A stretch of DNA of 64,000 nucleotides. It comes from Candidatus Moraniibacteriota bacterium (GTDB lineage Bacteria; Patescibacteriota; Minisyncoccia; Moranbacterales; GCA-2747515). The position numbers and the translations under genes were made by a program. The notes below the pieces were generated by a model that saw only the letters and a program-made list of their open reading frames with translations, was not told the origin of the DNA and did no database searches. Location of the stretch: the NCBI GenBank assembly GCA_002747515.1, contig PDPP01000016.1:50369-114368 (forward strand), written 5' to 3'. This document shows positions 1 to 8,690 of this stretch, piece by piece (the first letter of the stretch is position 1; every line of letters starts with the position of its first letter).

Positions 1-702
1 GGCATTGAGGGAATTATATCTTTTGCTCTTTTAGGAGAAAAAATTGGCATAGCCATTATTGTTGCCTTGCTCGTAGTTTCTGTTTTTTCTGGATATAATG
101 TTGGGAAAAAAATTATCTACACATTTCTACCTTTGGCAATTTCTGCATCTTCTCTAAGTTTATTATATTTTATTGATGACCTTGGAGAGCGACAGATTTT
201 CGGTGGTTTTGTTTCGATATTATTTTACATGGTTCTTTTAGGAATCAAACGTATTTGTAAAAACTCATTTGATATGACAGCACGTAGTTTTTTTTCTGCA
301 ACTTTGATTGCCACAGTATTTCTGTTTTATGCAGCGATTTATGGTTTTTATATTAACTTTGATATTTCGTTATGGATTTTTATTTTGGTACATTTTATTT
401 TTGTGACAATGGTCACTTTTGTGTCTTTGCGCGCATATTCAAGTGATACACAGCGTGTTTTGCTTTATAGTGTTATAATTGGATTTGCGATGATTCAGCT
501 TGTGTGGATGGCAAATTTTTGGCCTTTCGGATACTTGACAATGGCGACAATTAGTTTAATGTTTTATTATGTTCTTTGGGATCTTGTACAAATGGTTTTT
601 CTTGATACATTGTCAAAAAAACGAATTATTATTACAATTATATATTGCGTAGTGCTTTCACTTACGGTGTTGCTTACGACGCAGTGGTTACTCGTTGGAT
701 AA
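1..702 (+). CDS. polytopic membrane protein, 5'-truncated by window edge
   Basis: Frame 1 is open from nt 1 (GIEGIISFALLGEK...) into track ORF 67..702; about 6 hydrophobic helices; no recognisable family. Confidence 0.45.
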   Translation, partial: GIEGIISFALLGEKIGIAIIVALLVVSVFSGYNVGKKIIYTFLPLAISASSLSLLYFIDDLGERQIFGGFVSILFYMVLLGIKRICKNSFDMTARSFFSATLIATVFLFYAAIYGFYINFDISLWIFILVHFIFVTMVTFVSLRAYSSDTQRVLLYSVIIGFAMIQLVWMANFWPFGYLTMATISLMFYYVLWDLVQMVFLDTLSKKRIIITIIYCVVLSLTVLLTTQWLLVG

Positions 703-711
703 AATGAACTT

Positions 712-1872
712 ATGAAAAATATTTTGAAGTATATTGGAGTTGGCATAATTATTTTTATTATTGGTGGTTTAGGTGGTCTTTTGATGGATTACATGATTTT
801 TTCCAAAGTGATTACACATCCCGTATGGTCTGAATATCCATTGATTAAGGCATTGGACAATCGTGTTAAAGTGATTAAAAATACAGAAAAAATTGTTGTG
901 GAAAACAACGAGTCTATAGCAGATATTGCCAATCGTGCGTCAACAACTGTGACCTATGTTGAGGTGGTGCGTGCTAATGGAGAGAGAGTTTCTGGAAATG
1001 GTATTGTGATTAGCAGTGATGGTGTGGTTGCAACGACGATAGGTGACATTGATGAAACAGATGCTGTGCATATTAAACTTTCTGATAATAGTATTTATAC
1101 AGTGTCATCTTTTTTTAATGATTCCTACACTGGTATTACATTTCTTAAGATTAATGCAACTGACCTTGCCACGATTTCATTTGCAAATTCAGATGAAGCA
1201 AGAAGCGGAAAACAATTGATTGGGATTATGCAGTCACGTATGAAAAATGGGGCATATTTTGCTTCAGGAGGTTTAATTGGAAATGCGTACAATAAGAGTA
1301 TTATGTCACCAATATCTGATCATCTTCAAGGTACGCTTAAAATTGATTTATCTGAGAGTGTATTTGAGATGAGTGTTGGAGCACCTGTAGTAGATTATCA
1401 TGGAAATATGATTGGTCTTATTGCAAAAAAGAATGTGACGGATATGATTAGTGGTGTTGTAGTTGATACAGAATATTATGCGATTGCGGCAAATGACGTA
1501 TATAAGGCGTTTGAGGATTATTTGCACAATGAGAATGATGAAAAAGCACAACAACACCTTTTGCTGGGTGTGGATTATGAGATGATTAGTAGTATGGATG
1601 TGTATATTGATCAGTTGACAGTGGATAGTGGTGCAAAAATTATTGGACCAAAAGCAGATGCGACATATCAACAAAAAACACTGTTTAATAATACACTAGC
1701 TGCACGGAGCGGATTGCTTGGAGGTGATATTGTTGTCATGGTAGATACAAGCGTAGTGGATGTGAAACATAATCTTTCACGATTAATGCATGATGCTCGT
1801 GGAAAAAATGTGACACTAAAGGTTATGCGAAATGGGGAATTAGTCTCTATTGATATACGTTTATCCAAATAA
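712..1872 (+). CDS. HtrA/DegP-like trypsin-fold protein with C-terminal PDZ domain and N-terminal TM anchor, possibly non-catalytic
   Basis: GNGIVISSDGVVATT block resembles the S1C protease core and the C-terminal segment is PDZ-like; by eye the catalytic His and Asp are not found where DegP has them. Confidence 0.5.
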   Translation: MKNILKYIGVGIIIFIIGGLGGLLMDYMIFSKVITHPVWSEYPLIKALDNRVKVIKNTEKIVVENNESIADIANRASTTVTYVEVVRANGERVSGNGIVISSDGVVATTIGDIDETDAVHIKLSDNSIYTVSSFFNDSYTGITFLKINATDLATISFANSDEARSGKQLIGIMQSRMKNGAYFASGGLIGNAYNKSIMSPISDHLQGTLKIDLSESVFEMSVGAPVVDYHGNMIGLIAKKNVTDMISGVVVDTEYYAIAANDVYKAFEDYLHNENDEKAQQHLLLGVDYEMISSMDVYIDQLTVDSGAKIIGPKADATYQQKTLFNNTLAARSGLLGGDIVVMVDTSVVDVKHNLSRLMHDARGKNVTLKVMRNGELVSIDIRLSK

Positions 1873-1882
1873 ATTTCCTTTG

Positions 1883-1911
1883 TTGACATAATTTGTGGGA
1901 TGTAGTACACT
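1883..1911 (+). promoter_or_regulatory. sigma70-like promoter for rplU (TTGACA-17-TACACT)
   Basis: ttgaca at 1883-1888, 17-nt spacer, tacact at 1906-1911, about 65 nt upstream of the rplU ATG. Confidence 0.55.
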
Positions 1912-1977
1912 TTAGTGACGTTACAGTAGTGAAACTACTGCAAATTTTGATATAATTTTTTTAGTTTTTTTAGAAAG

Positions 1978-2286
1978 ATGCTTGCAATAATTAAAACTGG
2001 CGGAAAACAATATAAGGTGTCAGAGGGTGACAAAATCACGATTGAAAAGATCTCGGGTGAAGCAGGAGATAAGATTATTTTTGATGAAGTGCTTTTGATG
2101 GGGGATGATAAAAAAGTGGCGGTTGGTACACCAAGTCTTGAAAAATCTATTGTAGAAGGGAAGATTCTTGCACAAAATCGTCATGATAAAGTGTGGGGCA
2201 TCAAGCATAAGGCAAAGAAACGATATAAGGTGAAATATGGTCATCGACAATCCTATACAGAAGTAGAAATCACAAAGATTAAATAA
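1978..2286 (+). CDS. rplU: 50S ribosomal protein L21
   Basis: MLAIIKTGGKQYKVSEGDKI matches the L21 N-terminal signature; 102 aa. Confidence 0.9.
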   Translation: MLAIIKTGGKQYKVSEGDKITIEKISGEAGDKIIFDEVLLMGDDKKVAVGTPSLEKSIVEGKILAQNRHDKVWGIKHKAKKRYKVKYGHRQSYTEVEITKIK

Positions 2287-2292
2287 AACTTT

Positions 2293-2318
2293 AAAACCGC
2301 TTTCACGAGCGGTTTTTT
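2293..2318 (+). terminator. intrinsic terminator after rplU
   Basis: aaaaccgc tttcacga gcggtttttt: GC stem plus T-run, 7 nt after the stop. Confidence 0.7.
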
Positions 2319-2582
2319 GATTGCATAGAGAAATAAATTTTGATAGTATATAGAAGCTAAATAAAAGATGTTTTGTGAAAAATGAAAAAAATTGTATTGC
2401 AAAACTTGTATTATTTTTATCAAAAGTCATCGGGCGTGTCTCGTGAAATTTTTTTAGTTATTTTTTAAATGTATTTTACATTTTTGAATATAGAGAGATG
2501 CATGGAGTTCTCAAATACGTTTAGAATGATATATAACACTACGATATGTTTATAAAATGATTACTTATTAAAATTTAGATAT

Positions 2583-3905
2583 ATGTTAGATATTAAATAT
2601 ATTCGTGGAAATGCGGATAAAGTACAAAAGGCAGCGGAAAATAAAAATATTGAAATTGATGTGAAAAAATTTCTCATTCTTGATCAAGAGCGTGTTGGTT
2701 TGATAAAAGAAATAGAGGCTTTACAGGAGAAAAAAAATAAAATTAATACACAAATTAAAGAAGCATGTAATGATCAAGAGCGAAAAAAAATTATTGCAAA
2801 AGGAAAAGAGATAAAGGAAAAAATTGATGTTGTGAAATTACAGGTAAAAGATATCGAAGAAAGATACAACACTTTGATTAAAAAAATACCAAATATCCCA
2901 ACAGAAGATACACCAATTGGAAAAACGGAAGATGAAAATGTTGTTGTTTATGAATGGGGTAAAAAACCAGAATTGAAATTTGATGCAAAAAATCATTGGG
3001 AATTAGCACAAAATAATGATTGGATTGATAAAGAGCGTGCTGCAAAAGTGACAGGGGCGCGTTTTGCTTATCTTAAAGGAGACTTGGTGATATTGCAATT
3101 AGCACTTATGCAATACGTAATGGACACATTAACTGATGAAGAAAAAATTGCAGAAATTGTAAATCATTTTGATGTCGGTGATATTGAAACAAAACCATTT
3201 ACGCCAGTATTTCCACCATTTATGATTCGTACAGAGATGTTTGATGCAATGGACCGACTTGAACCACGAGATGATCGTTATAAGATCGAGGGTGAGGATT
3301 TGTGGTTACAAGGTTCTGCAGAACATGTTCTTGGCGCATTGCATTGTAATGAAATTCTTAATGAAGAAGATTTGCCTTTTCGATACATTGGGTATGCAAC
3401 AAGTTTTCGTAGGGAAGCTGGCACATATGGTAAAGATATGGAAGGAATTATTCGTATGCATCAGTTTGATAAATTGGAAATGGAAATAATTGCAACACCA
3501 GAACAAGGACTTAATGAGCATTTTTTGACAATTGCTGTACAGGAATATTTATTGAGAAATCTAAAATTGCCATATAGAAAATTATTGAAATGTACAGCAG
3601 ATATTGGTAAACCAAATGTACGTGGAGTTGATATGGATGTTTGGCTTCCAGGTCAAAAAGCGTATCGTGAGACACATACAGCTGATTATATGACTGATTA
3701 TCAATCTCGACGATTAAAAACGCGTGTGCGTTTGGCGGATGGCACATTGGCATATGTTCATACAATTGATGCAACTGCGTTTGCATGTGGTCGTGCATTG
3801 GTTGCAATTTTGGAAAACTTCCAACAAACAGACGGAAGTGTTGTAGTGCCAGAAGCGTTGCGACCATATATGTCTGGTGGAAAAGATAAAATTACAAAAA
3901 AGTAA
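2583..3905 (+). CDS. serS: seryl-tRNA synthetase
   Basis: MLDIKYIRGN start, N-terminal coiled-coil arm, class II core; 440 aa. Confidence 0.93.
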   Translation: MLDIKYIRGNADKVQKAAENKNIEIDVKKFLILDQERVGLIKEIEALQEKKNKINTQIKEACNDQERKKIIAKGKEIKEKIDVVKLQVKDIEERYNTLIKKIPNIPTEDTPIGKTEDENVVVYEWGKKPELKFDAKNHWELAQNNDWIDKERAAKVTGARFAYLKGDLVILQLALMQYVMDTLTDEEKIAEIVNHFDVGDIETKPFTPVFPPFMIRTEMFDAMDRLEPRDDRYKIEGEDLWLQGSAEHVLGALHCNEILNEEDLPFRYIGYATSFRREAGTYGKDMEGIIRMHQFDKLEMEIIATPEQGLNEHFLTIAVQEYLLRNLKLPYRKLLKCTADIGKPNVRGVDMDVWLPGQKAYRETHTADYMTDYQSRRLKTRVRLADGTLAYVHTIDATAFACGRALVAILENFQQTDGSVVVPEALRPYMSGGKDKITKK

Positions 3906-3987
3906 TCATAATTAAATAATAATATGGAATTTTTTATTCATAGAAAATGTGATATAATATTTTATATAAATAAATAAATATAAAAGC

Positions 3988-4245
3988 ATGTTGAATAAAA
4001 AAATGGACGTAAATTTTGCATTTGCAATCTTATTGCTTGTTGCAGCAATTGTAGGTGTGTATTTCTTTTTGAATATGGCAAATGAAGAAGTTGGAGATAT
4101 TTACGAAGAAGATAACTATAACATGATTGTTGAACGAAGTGATAAAAAAAGTGTATTTGATGAAGTGAAGAAAGAAGATGCTGTAGAGGACAATGTGTTG
4201 GAAAAAAACACAAAAGAAATGATGAAAAAAACAGTTATTGAATAA
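3988..4245 (+). CDS. small membrane-anchored acidic protein, hypothetical
   Basis: One N-terminal TM helix (FAFAILLLVAAIVGVYFFL) then an acidic tail; followed by a terminator. Confidence 0.35.
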   Translation: MLNKKMDVNFAFAILLLVAAIVGVYFFLNMANEEVGDIYEEDNYNMIVERSDKKSVFDEVKKEDAVEDNVLEKNTKEMMKKTVIE

Positions 4246-4271
4246 ATAAAAATTGATAAATTTGTATAGTT

Positions 4272-4311
4272 TTAAAATAGGTGCTCTGCTCTAGGAAGGA
4301 GAGCGTCTTTT
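4272..4311 (+). terminator. intrinsic terminator
   Basis: gctct aggaagg agagc hairpin followed by gtctttttgttttt. Confidence 0.55.
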
Positions 4312-4380
4312 TGTTTTTAAAAATAAAATATGTGAAAGTAATAATTATTTAAATTAACATTTTTCTTTTTCTGCTTTTTT

Positions 4381-4530
4381 CCGTACACGTGTATGTGCTC
4401 TACGAGCACAGTAGTACGTTCTACCACCATTACTCTGATTTCTTTACTGATAGAACTTTCAGTTCTACAAAGATCAGAAGCAATCATGGATTACTTCTAT
4501 TCCAAAGAAAGCTTGGAGGTTGAATTTAAG
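4381..4530. other. highly structured intergenic element of about 150 nt, candidate ncRNA, strand undetermined
   Basis: Several nested perfect hairpins (cgtac..[gtgctc tac gagcac]..gtacg; tctgat..[gaact ttc agttc]..atcaga; tccaa agaaagc ttgga); no ORF; lies between a terminator and a consensus promoter. Confidence 0.3.
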
Positions 4531-4539
4531 TAACAGTTA

Positions 4540-4568
4540 TTGACAGTATCTTGTTTTTGCTGTATATT
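4540..4568 (+). promoter_or_regulatory. consensus sigma70-like promoter (TTGACA-17-TATATT)
   Basis: ttgaca at 4540-4545, 17-nt spacer, tatatt at 4563-4568; drives the small two-gene unit downstream. Confidence 0.65.
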
Positions 4569-4622
4569 GAATTTTTAGATTTTTTGGCGTGTTTTTTAAA
4601 AATAAAATAAAAGAGGAGATAA

Positions 4623-4787
4623 ATGAAAAAAGTAAATGAAATCTTACAAAACAGTGTCTTTTTGCGGTTAGCGTGGTTGCGTGATCGTGAACAATTAAGC
4701 ATGGAAACGTTAGAAGAAATGGCGGTAGAAAAATCTTCTTTTCTTAGCCAATGGGCACAAAAAGAAATCGAAAGAAGGAGGAAGTAA
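4623..4787 (+). CDS. 54-aa XRE/Cro-like helix-turn-helix protein (not in ORF track, under 60 aa)
   Basis: AGGAG RBS 6 nt upstream; MKKVNEILQNSVFLRLAWLRDREQLSMETLEEMAVEKSSFLSQWAQKE fits an HTH_XRE pattern; its stop is 2 nt before the next ATG. Confidence 0.45.
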   Translation: MKKVNEILQNSVFLRLAWLRDREQLSMETLEEMAVEKSSFLSQWAQKEIERRRK

Positions 4788-4789
4788 AA

Positions 4790-5122
4790 ATGTCACTACA
4801 GTATTCAAAGTGTTTTCTTGTGCGTATGCGCTATAGTGCTACAAAGAGAGATGAACTGCTTTGTGCAGATCAATTTTTCAATCAGTATATCACAGCAGAT
4901 GGTTTTCATGATGTGTGGCATATTGCACGTCGCATATTGGCAGATAAAATTGCAAAAAAATTTCATGTGCCAATTAGCGCTGTTCATATTAAGCAACTAA
5001 GCGATATGCGTGTATGGAAGCATTCTGAGCATAAGTGCATAGAAAGTCAAAAACGCGCACTAAAAAATCAGAAAAAAGTAAATGGTCCAAAACAAATGCG
5101 TTTGCCATTTACAGGTGTTTGA
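4790..5122 (+). CDS. 110-aa hypothetical protein, partner of the small HTH gene
   Basis: AGGAGG RBS 8 nt upstream of ATG 4790 (track ORF 4751 is an upstream extension); no recognisable family. Confidence 0.5.
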   Translation: MSLQYSKCFLVRMRYSATKRDELLCADQFFNQYITADGFHDVWHIARRILADKIAKKFHVPISAVHIKQLSDMRVWKHSEHKCIESQKRALKNQKKVNGPKQMRLPFTGV

Positions 5123-5205
5123 AAAACAGCAAGTGAAATCACTTGCTGTTTTAAATAGTGTTTCAAAAGTGCAGGTTTGTACTTTTTTTGGTATACTATT
5201 TTTAT

Positions 5206-7287
5206 ATGAAGGTAAAACAAAAATTAACACAACTATTCAATCCGCAGTCAATTGCTGTTATTGGTGCTAGCAGTACTAAAGGCAAGGTAGGAAATATGAT
5301 TGCAAAAAATATTTTGGCACATAACTATTCTGGAAATGTGTATTTTGTTAATCCTAAGAGGAGTCGAATCTTTGGGAGGAAATGTTATAAATCGCTTTCA
5401 GATGTTGAAAACAATGTTGATTGTGCCATTGTTGTTGTGCCGGCGAAATATGTGGTGAATGTGGTGCGTGATAGTGTGAGCAAGTGCAAGAATTTTATAG
5501 TGATTTCTGCGGGATTTGGGGAAAGTGGTTCTGAGGGACATAATAGAGAAATTGAATTAAATTTATTAGCAAAAGAATTGGATATACAGATTCTTGGTCC
5601 AAATTGTTTGGGGTTTTTAGCACCATCTTTGGGGTTGAATGCATCATTTGCGGAAGGATTACCAGTGGAAGGGCATACAGCGTTTATTTCGCAGTCTGGT
5701 GCACTTGCAGTAGCAATGATGGATAAGGCGCGTGCTGATCATATGGGCTTTTCACTCGTAGTATCAATTGGCAATAAGATGCAAATTGGTGCGGCAGATA
5801 TTATTGATTACTTAATAGAGGACAAAAAAACAAAAGTAATTGCACTTTATCTCGAAGGTGTGATTCGGGGAAGGTATTTACTCAAGGTGTTGGCACGGGC
5901 ATATAAGGCAGGAAAGAAAGTTGTTGTGCTCAAATCTGGACATTCTGAAGATGCACAACGTGCCATAGCACTTCATACGGGGTCACTTGCTGGAAGCGAT
6001 GAGATTTTTTCTGCAGCTATCGAAAAAGTAGGTGCAATTCGTGCACAAACTATGGATGAATTGTTTGCTCTTATGCTTTTTGGTGCGTATTGTGATGTTA
6101 AGACATTTGGTTCTCGTGTAAGTGTAGTGACAAATGCAGGGGGTCCGGGTGTGTTAGCAGCAGATATTGTGGCGGATCTGTCATCACTTGAAATGAATGT
6201 TTTTGCATCAGAAACAAAGAAAAAGTTGCAGAAAAAATTACCGGTAGCAGCATCTGTGCACAATCCTGTAGATTTACTTGGAGATGCAAATATTGATCGG
6301 TATAGAGAAGGGTTAAAAATTGTTTTAGCAGATGAAAAAACGGATGTTGTGCTTGTGTTATTGACACCACAAGATCAAACACCGGTTGATTTAGTTGCTG
6401 AACTACTTGTGGAAGTGCAAAAAAAGTCAAAAAAGATGATTTTAACATCGTTTATTGGTGGTGTCCGTGTTGCGAATTCTGTACAATATATGCGCGAAAA
6501 TGGCGTTTTACATTTTGATACACCGCAAAGAGCACTTAGTGCATTGGCGAGTTTTGTGAAAGAAAAAAAAGTCTTTATGCTGACAGAGAAGTCTGTTAAT
6601 AGAGAGCGTCGCATAAAGACAAGACAGATTATTGATCGTGGATTTGAACACGGTGGACTGTATTTTGCAGATGTGGCAGAGATAGCAAAAATTTATAGTG
6701 TGCCAATTGTAAAGTTTGTGGATGTGACGAACGGGTTAGATGCGCAAACACATATAAAATATCCATGTGTAGCAAAGATTGATAATCCAAAAATCGCACA
6801 TAAAACAGATCGTGGTGGTGTGATTGCATCAATTAAAACACTTATCGAGCTTGATCAGGCGCGGAAGACCTTGCTTCGCAAGTTTCCAGAGAAAAATTCA
6901 CGTGTAATTGTACAAAAAATGCTACCAATTGAGACAGAACTTATTATTGGAATGAAGAAAGATCCTGTTTTTGATACGGTGATTGTGGCGGGTTTGGGCG
7001 GTGTTTATGTGGAGGTATTTCATGCAGTGGATCATTATGTTACACCATTATCCATCACAGAGATTAAAAAAATACTTACAACAGGAGCACTTGCATTTTT
7101 ATTTGATGGTACACGTGGAGAAAAAAGTTATGATAGTGATATGATTGCTCATGTAATTCAAACACTTGCGTTGATTGGTCGAGAAAATCCTGAGATTATT
7201 GCAATAGATATCAATCCGTTACTTGTTTATAATAATGATGCAGTGGATACTGCAGTGGATTTTAAGATTATAATTAAAAATACATAA
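5206..7287 (+). CDS. ADP-forming acetyl-CoA synthetase / NDP-forming acyl-CoA synthetase, fused alpha-beta
   Basis: CoA-binding Rossmann (SIAVIGASSTKGKVGNMIAKN), succinyl-CoA-synthetase-like flavodoxin domain and C-terminal ATP-grasp; start chosen at MKVKQKLTQLF (ATG 5206). Confidence 0.85.
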   Translation: MKVKQKLTQLFNPQSIAVIGASSTKGKVGNMIAKNILAHNYSGNVYFVNPKRSRIFGRKCYKSLSDVENNVDCAIVVVPAKYVVNVVRDSVSKCKNFIVISAGFGESGSEGHNREIELNLLAKELDIQILGPNCLGFLAPSLGLNASFAEGLPVEGHTAFISQSGALAVAMMDKARADHMGFSLVVSIGNKMQIGAADIIDYLIEDKKTKVIALYLEGVIRGRYLLKVLARAYKAGKKVVVLKSGHSEDAQRAIALHTGSLAGSDEIFSAAIEKVGAIRAQTMDELFALMLFGAYCDVKTFGSRVSVVTNAGGPGVLAADIVADLSSLEMNVFASETKKKLQKKLPVAASVHNPVDLLGDANIDRYREGLKIVLADEKTDVVLVLLTPQDQTPVDLVAELLVEVQKKSKKMILTSFIGGVRVANSVQYMRENGVLHFDTPQRALSALASFVKEKKVFMLTEKSVNRERRIKTRQIIDRGFEHGGLYFADVAEIAKIYSVPIVKFVDVTNGLDAQTHIKYPCVAKIDNPKIAHKTDRGGVIASIKTLIELDQARKTLLRKFPEKNSRVIVQKMLPIETELIIGMKKDPVFDTVIVAGLGGVYVEVFHAVDHYVTPLSITEIKKILTTGALAFLFDGTRGEKSYDSDMIAHVIQTLALIGRENPEIIAIDINPLLVYNNDAVDTAVDFKIIIKNT

Positions 7288-7291
7288 AAAT

Positions 7292-8542
7292 ATGTCCTTA
7301 CAAGATAAAAAATTACAACTCCTTGGGCAAGATGATACTAATGAATTTTCTGATGTTGGTGATATTTTTTCACAATACGGTGGTGGCGGTGACGAAGAAG
7401 ATCACGTGTTGTTAGGAGACGTGAAAAATGATGATGTGGCATCATTGCGACCACAAAACGATAGTTCTGTACAAAGTGATGTGCAAAAGAAGGATCCGAT
7501 TGAGGAGGTGGTGAATAATCTCAATAATGGTGTTGAAGTGGAAGTACCGGATACTGTTTCTGTGAATTTGTCATCTGTAAAAGACAAAAAAGAGGGAAGA
7601 GAACAAAAGATTTTAGATTCTGACAATACTATATCTACAAAAGAACAATTTGTAGAATCTGTTGCAGCCAGCGCTACAAAAGAGAAAAAATGGGAAGAGG
7701 TTGGCGCAAAATCTGAAAAAAAATTGGCCACAAAGACAAATATATCTGCGCCAGCAGAAAAGGAAAAGCAATGGGAAAAAGAGTTTAAACAAAATGGTGA
7801 ATTTGCTGATGCGCCAGTTGTGGAGGAGAAAAAAATATCAGCAGAACATCAAGATATCACAAAAAATTCACAAGCTACACGAGCGCCGGTTGAAGTAAAT
7901 CATAGTACAGTGATAAGTGCATCACAATCACAAGGGCAACAAGCAAAAAAGAGTCATGGTTCAAAAAAAGACAAACATATTAATCCAAATAAAAAGACTA
8001 TTATGATTGTTGATGATGATATTGATACATTGGACATGTATTCAGATGTTTTTGTAAATGCTGATTACAATGTGATTCGCGCTACTGATGGTTTGGATGC
8101 ACTTAATATTATTTCAGATTACATACCGGACTTGATTTTTACTGGAATTGTTATGCCACGTATGGATGGATTTGCGATGATGGAAACACTGAAAAAAAAT
8201 GAGCGTACAGCTGATATTCCTGTTGTAATCAATTCTCATTTAGGACGTAATTATGATAAGAAAAAAGCAGAAGATCTTGGTGCAAGAGATTTTATTGTAC
8301 GGGGTTTTACACCACCACGTGAGGTTTTGAAGCGTATTAGTGCATTGTTTATGTGTAGTGAATATGTTTTTCGATTTGATTACAATGATTCTGATGCACA
8401 AAAATTAGCTAAAGATCTTGGAGTAGAAAATTTTTTTGTGTGCCCACCCGGACAGGAAATGGTTTTGAAACTGAGCATTGTTGATTCTACAGATTTAACA
8501 TTTTCTGCACGGTTTAGTTGTGTGGATGAAAAGAAAAAATAA
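7292..8542 (+). CDS. atypical response-regulator receiver (REC) domain protein with about 230-aa disordered N-terminal region
   Basis: IMIVDDDIDTLDMY...DLIFTGIVMPRMDG...IPVVINSH is a CheY-like fold, but the phospho-acceptor position reads G (FTGIVMP) and the conserved Lys reads Arg; the N-terminus is low-complexity K/E/S/Q-rich. Confidence 0.7.
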   Translation: MSLQDKKLQLLGQDDTNEFSDVGDIFSQYGGGGDEEDHVLLGDVKNDDVASLRPQNDSSVQSDVQKKDPIEEVVNNLNNGVEVEVPDTVSVNLSSVKDKKEGREQKILDSDNTISTKEQFVESVAASATKEKKWEEVGAKSEKKLATKTNISAPAEKEKQWEKEFKQNGEFADAPVVEEKKISAEHQDITKNSQATRAPVEVNHSTVISASQSQGQQAKKSHGSKKDKHINPNKKTIMIVDDDIDTLDMYSDVFVNADYNVIRATDGLDALNIISDYIPDLIFTGIVMPRMDGFAMMETLKKNERTADIPVVINSHLGRNYDKKKAEDLGARDFIVRGFTPPREVLKRISALFMCSEYVFRFDYNDSDAQKLAKDLGVENFFVCPPGQEMVLKLSIVDSTDLTFSARFSCVDEKKK

Positions 8543-8690
8543 AGTTTGTGTGTTTGCAAATTTCTTTTTTTATGTAATTTATTATTTATTGATATGCATT
8601 TTTTCTATTATTTGCATGTGTTTTTATTTTTTTGCTATATTTTAACAATTGAAGTAGATTGAAAATTAAACTGTGTTACAATAATTTTTT

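Noticed and set aside
4272-4311. Possible SRP RNA (ffs): ggtgct...ggaagga...agc resembles the 4.5S domain IV consensus
   Set aside because: It is far too short (about 30 nt against 80 or more), lacks the conserved asymmetric-loop spacing, and folds as a simple 5-6 bp hairpin plus U-run. It is better explained as the terminator of the upstream small gene.
5158-5205. Upstream extension of the acetyl-CoA synthetase ORF (MFQKCRFVLF...)
   Set aside because: It is hydrophobic junk with no RBS. The CoA-binding domain begins right after MKVKQKL at 5206.
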